Source: a virus
Lineage: Duplodnaviria > Caudoviricetes
Length of the DNA: 37,801 nt
Direction: 5' to 3' (one strand)
Virus record (IMG/VR): IMGVR_UViG_3300048895_000147
Span: 1 to 37,801 of that record
The first letter of the stretch is position 1, and every line of letters begins with the position of its first letter. Below the pieces are notes generated by a model. That model saw only the letters and a list, made by a program, of their open reading frames with translations, made no database searches and was not told where the DNA came from. Positions 32,488 through 37,801 of this stretch are shown piece by piece. The position numbers and the translations under genes are program-made.

Positions 32488-34067
32488 TTGTTTCCTCTCA
32501 GATTTTGAACAAGACGACTCCAATCTCTAAAAAGGTCTGGTAATGATTCTATAGGGGGATTAGTGGAAATGTTTGCTAATTCTGTGCTTTGATTCGGATT
32601 TAATTTTAACCCCATGCGCTTTGCTTGTTCGAAAGCTGGCCCTATTTGTCTCCAATCGTAATCCTTTTCAGACCAAAGTTTATGTCTAAGAACTTCCAGA
32701 GATGTATCGTCTTTCACATTATTAAGCAAAAAATCAGATAATTTATTTTGCATGTTTTGCATGGTTTCAGGTGAACTTTTCTTTATTTTTTCGTAATTTT
32801 CACCTGTTGGTTCTTTTTCTTCTAATGAAAATATATCAAAAGTCGAAGGTTTAACTTTCTGTGCTTTAAATAAACCGTTTGGAAGTTTATCTAAATTCTG
32901 AATCAATTGTTTTGATGGTGGGTGAATTTGCCCCTCAACTTCTACAGGAGATAAATATTGTTCTGTTAAATACGATCTTAATTCCGGTTCTCTTCCTTTT
33001 GCGATTAGATCCTGAGATAACGGGATGATTCGTTCTAAAGCTTCATTCCGATCTCTTCCTAATAATCCTGATCCTAAACCTGGAATAAAAACATCGGCCA
33101 TTTTAGAAAAATCATCTTTTACGGGAGCCCATGCTCTTTTTGCATTTTCAAGCCATTCGTTAACATTTTCAGACGGAATGTTTTGCGCTTCCGCAACTTT
33201 CATGAAGGGGGCCATTTCTTCGTCAGTAATTTTCCCTTTCGTTTGAGCTGTATTCTCTAAAAGTTGTCTGTGTTCTGTTGCTAAATTTCGTTCTTTTTCT
33301 TTCTGAGCTAAGATTGTTTCGTAGGCGTCTGGATTACCAGACATATAAGCTTCTTCTTTAGCATCGGATTTCATTTGATCGGGTGTAGGTATGTTATAAG
33401 CGGAATATCTCGGAGGCTGATTTTGTTGTTGAGTCGCGTTTTGGTTAGTAACTTGTTGTATCTGTGGTGGTTGTCCTGGAGGCTGTTGTTGATTTTGTGC
33501 GGCAGGAATTCCTTGCATTTGATTTTGTGGACCTGATCCAAAAGGTGAATAAGGTGACGGTTTATTTCCCTGTGGTGGTTGTCCTGGAGGCTGTTGTTTG
33601 TTTTGGGGCCCGTAACGTCTTGTAGCTGCCGCTTGATTTAACATAGTGGGTAAAACCGCTTGAGCCAGTCTGTCACCTCCCGGAATTCCTGCAAATGCTT
33701 TTGCTGCACCTAAAGCAATTTCAGAGGGGCTTGCTCCTGACTTAACTAAGTCATCAACACCCTTCAATGCATTTTGAAGCAACCCTCTCGTGTTTTCTTG
33801 CTCCATGTATTGCATACGTTGATTTAATCGTTTTTCTGCTGATGGTCCATATGGAGAGGCTGCCTGTTGCAATTTTGCGAACTTTTCAGACAAAGGAAGG
33901 TCTTTGTTTGCTGGGTCCTGTGCTACCGCATCTAAGGCTTTATTTGAAAAATATGCGTTTAATCCCCCTCCGATTCCTTCACCTAGTGCTGAACCGACAC
34001 CCGCCCACTGGGCCGCCCTTGGATCTTCTCTACCTTGAAAAAACTGAACCATATAAACCTCAAGCAA
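32484..34067 (-). CDS. Putative DNA ejection protein (likely start MVQFFQ)
   Basis: Gly/Ala amphipathic N-terminus GVGSALGEGIGGGL, Gln/Pro-rich; canonical position after the nozzle. Confidence 0.65.
   Translation of the reverse strand: MLEVYMVQFFQGREDPRAAQWAGVGSALGEGIGGGLNAYFSNKALDAVAQDPANKDLPLSEKFAKLQQAASPYGPSAEKRLNQRMQYMEQENTRGLLQNALKGVDDLVKSGASPSEIALGAAKAFAGIPGGDRLAQAVLPTMLNQAAATRRYGPQNKQQPPGQPPQGNKPSPYSPFGSGPQNQMQGIPAAQNQQQPPGQPPQIQQVTNQNATQQQNQPPRYSAYNIPTPDQMKSDAKEEAYMSGNPDAYETILAQKEKERNLATEHRQLLENTAQTKGKITDEEMAPFMKVAEAQNIPSENVNEWLENAKRAWAPVKDDFSKMADVFIPGLGSGLLGRDRNEALERIIPLSQDLIAKGREPELRSYLTEQYLSPVEVEGQIHPPSKQLIQNLDKLPNGLFKAQKVKPSTFDIFSLEEKEPTGENYEKIKKSSPETMQNMQNKLSDFLLNNVKDDTSLEVLRHKLWSEKDYDWRQIGPAFEQAKRMGLKLNPNQSTELANISTNPPIESLPDLFRDWSRLVQNLRGNK
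33462..33598. repeat. 29-nt direct repeat pair encoding QQPPGQPPQ
   Basis: CTGTGGTGGTTGTCCTGGAGGCTGTTGTT at 33462-33490 and 33570-33598. Confidence 0.85.
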
Positions 34068-34075
34068 TAATTAAA

Positions 34076-34636
34076 TTATGCCATTCCAGCGCCTGCCCTA
34101 ATAGCCCCTTGCATCATAGGGGCAAAATTACCCTGCATACCGGATTTTTCGTGATATGCAAAAGGTTGATACCCTTGAGCTAACTGTGCCTGCTGATTGA
34201 AATTGTTAGAAAGTTGACCTGCACCTTGCATCTGCAATTGAGAGAATAATTGCGCTAGTTGTGCTTGTAAATTAGAAGATCCCTGTGCCGCTGCACCACC
34301 TAATGCTTGACCGAAACCTGTAGACGATAACGCCCCTGAACTATTCCCATAACCTGCGAACCTTTCAGCTATACGCGGCATTAGATCTTGCTGAAATTGT
34401 TGTTGGAATTGCTGATTAAAGGGTTCAGAAAAGTTTTGAAATGCATCCTGACCAAAAAGACCAGATAAATAGTCCTGAGATTGACCATATCCACCGCCCC
34501 CCTGCATCTGTTGCATCAATTGACTAATTAAGTCATTATTCAAACGGCCTTGTTGCGGGGTTCCTGTAGGAAGTTTTTCTATGCTCGGAGCTTTTCCAAA
34601 CAGCCATTCATTCAGTGTAGGCATATTCACCTGCAT
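34076..34636 (-). CDS. Putative small ejection (pilot) protein
   Basis: Gln/Gly-rich 186 aa, first of three ejection-type genes. Confidence 0.65.
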   Translation of the reverse strand: MQVNMPTLNEWLFGKAPSIEKLPTGTPQQGRLNNDLISQLMQQMQGGGGYGQSQDYLSGLFGQDAFQNFSEPFNQQFQQQFQQDLMPRIAERFAGYGNSSGALSSTGFGQALGGAAAQGSSNLQAQLAQLFSQLQMQGAGQLSNNFNQQAQLAQGYQPFAYHEKSGMQGNFAPMMQGAIRAGAGMA

Positions 34637-34638
34637 GT

Positions 34639-35175
34639 TTAATTTTTTAGATATTCAAGAACCCAATAAAACTGCACCAAAGCATTTCCTGTATTGTTGA
34701 TAATAGTAAAAGTATTTGTCGAGCCCATAAATGTTACGATGATATTAGGATCGCTAGGGAAATACGAAACGCCTGTGGTATCTAAAGCCCCCCCGAAACC
34801 ACGAGTCGGATACAAATAACCAACTATGGGTTGTGGTTGAGTTCTAGGAGCTGTTATTGTTAACTGCAATGTCGTTGTTCCAGCGGGAATTGTTGGCGTA
34901 CCATTAATCAATAGATTTAACGCAACCATATCAACGGTTAGGCGGTACCCGTTTCTATTGTTAGAAATTACCAATGGAGTAGAGTTGTTAAACCAGAGTT
35001 GGAAATCTCCCGTTTCTTGAAGAGGATATAGAGCCTGTTCTTTTGAGTTTACTGCATTCGCTATTCGACGAAGATAAAGAATTAGTGTTGAATGAAAATC
35101 TTTTTCGTCCGGGTTTACATCTAGAGAAACAGGAACTTGGTTTGATAATGTAGGTTGGTCAGTAGTGAAACTCAT
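34639..35175 (-). CDS. Tail-associated hypothetical protein
   Basis: 178 aa between the nozzle and ejection genes. Confidence 0.7.
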   Translation of the reverse strand: MSFTTDQPTLSNQVPVSLDVNPDEKDFHSTLILYLRRIANAVNSKEQALYPLQETGDFQLWFNNSTPLVISNNRNGYRLTVDMVALNLLINGTPTIPAGTTTLQLTITAPRTQPQPIVGYLYPTRGFGGALDTTGVSYFPSDPNIIVTFMGSTNTFTIINNTGNALVQFYWVLEYLKN

Positions 35176-35176
35176 A

Positions 35177-37801
35177 TTATGGCCCCGTTAAACGCCCCCC
35201 GGGCTTAAAAAAGAAATTCATTCCATATAGTTCAAAGCCAGTCTGGTGCGTAGATAATTGATTCATTAGGATATTGTCATAGGTCACAGATAAACGCAGA
35301 TATTGACCGAAAGAAGTGGCGTAGAATCGATACCAGCGATAATCAGAGTATTGGGAACCGCTAATAATGAGCGGGTTGTTTTTTAAATTCCACGTTCCAC
35401 CCCTGATATATGGGGTGAATCCTGTGGCGTCAATCTCGTTCAGTCTGAATGTATTTGCATCAATTACAGTAATCGTATAGGTCAGGTTATTTAATTGTGT
35501 TGTTCCTGAAATATTGGAAATCAAAATTTGAGATCCTGTGGGCAATGAATAATTTTTGCTAGTAATCACGCATGGATTCGTCAAAGAAACGCCCGAAATA
35601 ATTCCCGCAGCTGCAGAGTTTAACAGATCTTGATTACTTAAAAACATGTTCGATTGTACCGTTGGTCCAACATACGTATTTGTGAATAATTTTATGTTAA
35701 ACCCTGTTACACCGTCCTCACGTGAGGTTTCAAACAAGAAATCAACGTAGGACATTTTGAATTGCAACCCTTTATTTTGATATGGGTTGAAATCCTTTGT
35801 GGTTATATCTATGACTGGAAGTAAAGATAAAACACCACCACCTATATATGTGGGTGGAGTGGGGACGTCGGGAACGTCCGAATATACCTCAGAAACTGCG
35901 TTCCATGAGGAAAGAGATAAGGTGTTGTCGTTTATCACTTTTACTTGATAAATCCTATTATTCAATCCCGGATCTGTACCAACCCATTGCATATTTACGA
36001 TGTAAATTACCTCTAAGTCGCGCAAATTATGGTTGTTTACCGTGATTTGAATAGGGGTGAGTGTTAAATCCACTCCTGTGATGGAGAGACTAGGATCGAA
36101 ATCTAGGATAGAAGGGTAAACAGAGTTTAAAGCAGGGTTTCCGGCATATTCATATACATGTATAAACCCTTGTTGATTCCCTGAGACAACAAAATTAGTT
36201 TCATTTTGTGAGTCCAGCGAATCCCATGAAATATCAGAATCCCAATTCGCTGTAAAACTATTCCAATTAACCCCGGTTGAGAATTGAGCAGGTCCAAAAC
36301 AGGTAATGCTATCTCTAAATAATGCCCAAGTGCCGTTTCTGTAGTTGTATAGTAGGACTGTATCAGGAAAAATTTGATCTGATGGCATGTTTTGATGAGG
36401 AGAAATTGTCGATGAATCAATGTAATTCCAATAGACTAACTCTTTTTGGAAATCACGTATGCCATGCACGAAATTTTGGTTGTTAGTGCCTGCAATTGGG
36501 CTACCTATTTGCATGCTAAATGCCGTGTCAGGAATATTTTCATCAATACGATCTAATCCCCCGGCAGAAGCGCTTACAACGCCCCTGTTGGTTACTGAAA
36601 GCACACCCTTATCAAAAACAACGGTTGAAAATGTAGAATTGCATCCAAAATCTGAGGAGATGCGCTCCCAAATAAACGGCGTTCCATATTCTCCGATATA
36701 TCGTAATTGCCATGTTGAATACTCAAACTCTACAATTAGCGTGTTTCTAAAAAAAGCAGCGCTCACAATGCTTTCGTTTGTGGGGGCATCAATAGCACCT
36801 CCAACACCAAACACGTCACTAGCCCAAGATCCTGGCACATATGGTCCTACAGAACCATTTTGTGTCGGGTCCCCTACCTGACTAAATCGGCATCTAGCGT
36901 AGTAGTTTTGAGCATTTGAAACCGCAGTCCCTTCCCATGTATTTAATGCTAACAGTCTTCCATAGTAAGGAATTAGGATTAACGCTTGAAATAGTTTAAC
37001 GGGGCCTACTTCGGTCAATATAGGTTGTAGATCGTTCCAAACACCGTTAAAATAATATCGTATTGGATCGTAAGGGGTTGCTAATCCTGTAGTGATATTA
37101 TTATTTGTGACAAAAAATGTTTTTTGACTGGAAGTTTGGTTTTGGAAGTTTGTTCCCCAGAAGAAATCGGTAAAATTCCCCGTCCATGTGGTACCAGGCG
37201 CTAATTCCTGAAATGATCCCGATGTGAACTGATAAGCATATGTGGTGTCAAAATAGATCGTGTTGTCTATGCCTTCTATAGCAATATCCTGCTTAATTAT
37301 TCCCATGACAGGTAACGAAGGATAATAACCGAATGAAAGAACTGTGGCTGCGCCACCTGCTCCAGTGTTAGTGAGAGTTACTGATCCGGTCAAATAATTG
37401 ATTGTTCCCACAACTGTAAACGGGGTAACACTCAATATAATCAGACCTTGACCATTGTCAACATAAGTGTTTCCACCAAATGTTATGGAAAAAGATCCGG
37501 GGGCTATTTCCGCACCGGGTTGTAATGTTCCCCAGGGTCTATTAGATATGAAAAAACCACCCGAAACATATGCACCAAAACCCGCTGCATCAACACCTAC
37601 GGTAAATGTATTTGTTCCCGTAGATGTGATCGTGAAAGTAGTATTGTTATATCCTGTTGCTCCGATAACACCGGTGATTATTACTAAATCACCCGTGGTT
37701 AATCCATGGGGTTGTATAGTTGTTATCTGACCAGGATTTGCATTATTTGCTGCTAAAATATAGCCCGATCGAACTAGAACATTAAAGGTCCAAGGAGAAG
37801 C
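35177..37801 (-). CDS. Tail nozzle/stabilisation protein (P22 gp10/T7 gp12-like), main part; true start at base 334 across the junction
   Basis: Frame is open from 37801 to 35177. IPYYGRLLAL...RCRFSQVGDP beta-propeller-type motif; three FCCH-like inserts. Confidence 0.8.
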   Translation of the reverse strand, partial: ASPWTFNVLVRSGYILAANNANPGQITTIQPHGLTTGDLVIITGVIGATGYNNTTFTITSTGTNTFTVGVDAAGFGAYVSGGFFISNRPWGTLQPGAEIAPGSFSITFGGNTYVDNGQGLIILSVTPFTVVGTINYLTGSVTLTNTGAGGAATVLSFGYYPSLPVMGIIKQDIAIEGIDNTIYFDTTYAYQFTSGSFQELAPGTTWTGNFTDFFWGTNFQNQTSSQKTFFVTNNNITTGLATPYDPIRYYFNGVWNDLQPILTEVGPVKLFQALILIPYYGRLLALNTWEGTAVSNAQNYYARCRFSQVGDPTQNGSVGPYVPGSWASDVFGVGGAIDAPTNESIVSAAFFRNTLIVEFEYSTWQLRYIGEYGTPFIWERISSDFGCNSTFSTVVFDKGVLSVTNRGVVSASAGGLDRIDENIPDTAFSMQIGSPIAGTNNQNFVHGIRDFQKELVYWNYIDSSTISPHQNMPSDQIFPDTVLLYNYRNGTWALFRDSITCFGPAQFSTGVNWNSFTANWDSDISWDSLDSQNETNFVVSGNQQGFIHVYEYAGNPALNSVYPSILDFDPSLSITGVDLTLTPIQITVNNHNLRDLEVIYIVNMQWVGTDPGLNNRIYQVKVINDNTLSLSSWNAVSEVYSDVPDVPTPPTYIGGGVLSLLPVIDITTKDFNPYQNKGLQFKMSYVDFLFETSREDGVTGFNIKLFTNTYVGPTVQSNMFLSNQDLLNSAAAGIISGVSLTNPCVITSKNYSLPTGSQILISNISGTTQLNNLTYTITVIDANTFRLNEIDATGFTPYIRGGTWNLKNNPLIISGSQYSDYRWYRFYATSFGQYLRLSVTYDNILMNQLSTHQTGFELYGMNFFFKPGGRLTGP
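37675..37801. repeat. Terminal direct repeat, right copy
   Basis: Identical to bases 1-127. Confidence 0.97.

Noticed and set aside
3908-37730. Numerous plus-strand and nested ORFs in the supplied track (for example 3908, 5357, 8485, 12944, 14638, 29189, 30298, 31352, 33767, 36459, 37467)
   Set aside because: They are antisense or alternate-frame shadows of well-supported genes, without RBS or motifs.
1-37801. Genome-wide TAG recoding (code 15)
   Set aside because: Long genes are intact in code 11 and several end at TAG followed by an RBS or terminator; only one internal TAG was found.

Overview
The window is an apparently complete, circularly assembled dsDNA tailed-phage genome. Bases 1-127 are identical to 37675-37801, giving a 37,674 bp unit. 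The architecture is podovirus-like. A long minus-strand late arm runs terS, a split terL, P22-type portal, scaffold, N4-gp56-type major capsid, adaptor, a tail nozzle that crosses the contig junction, ejection proteins, tail fibres and a beta-helix/C1q spike. A minus-strand middle arm carries a Cro-like HTH, a lambda-O-like initiator with internal iterons, a RusA-like resolvase, a ParB-methyltransferase, a TnpR-like serine resolvase and a metallophosphoesterase. A short plus-strand early arm carries Bet/RecT and a YqaJ exonuclease. I could not recognise an integrase, CI repressor, DNA polymerase, endolysin or CRISPR array. Most notable points: (1) terL is cleanly split into in-frame ATPase and nuclease halves by an inserted 86-aa ORF; (2) a translationally coupled zinc-ribbon gene has an in-frame TAG inside its CxxC motif; (3) there is a tRNA-shaped element with a shrunken anticodon arm; (4) a self-promoted cassette of small membrane/coiled-coil paralogs sits beside the resolvase; (5) indirect, unverified hints point to an environmental Chlamydiae host. 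All product calls come from motif recognition by eye, with no database searches.
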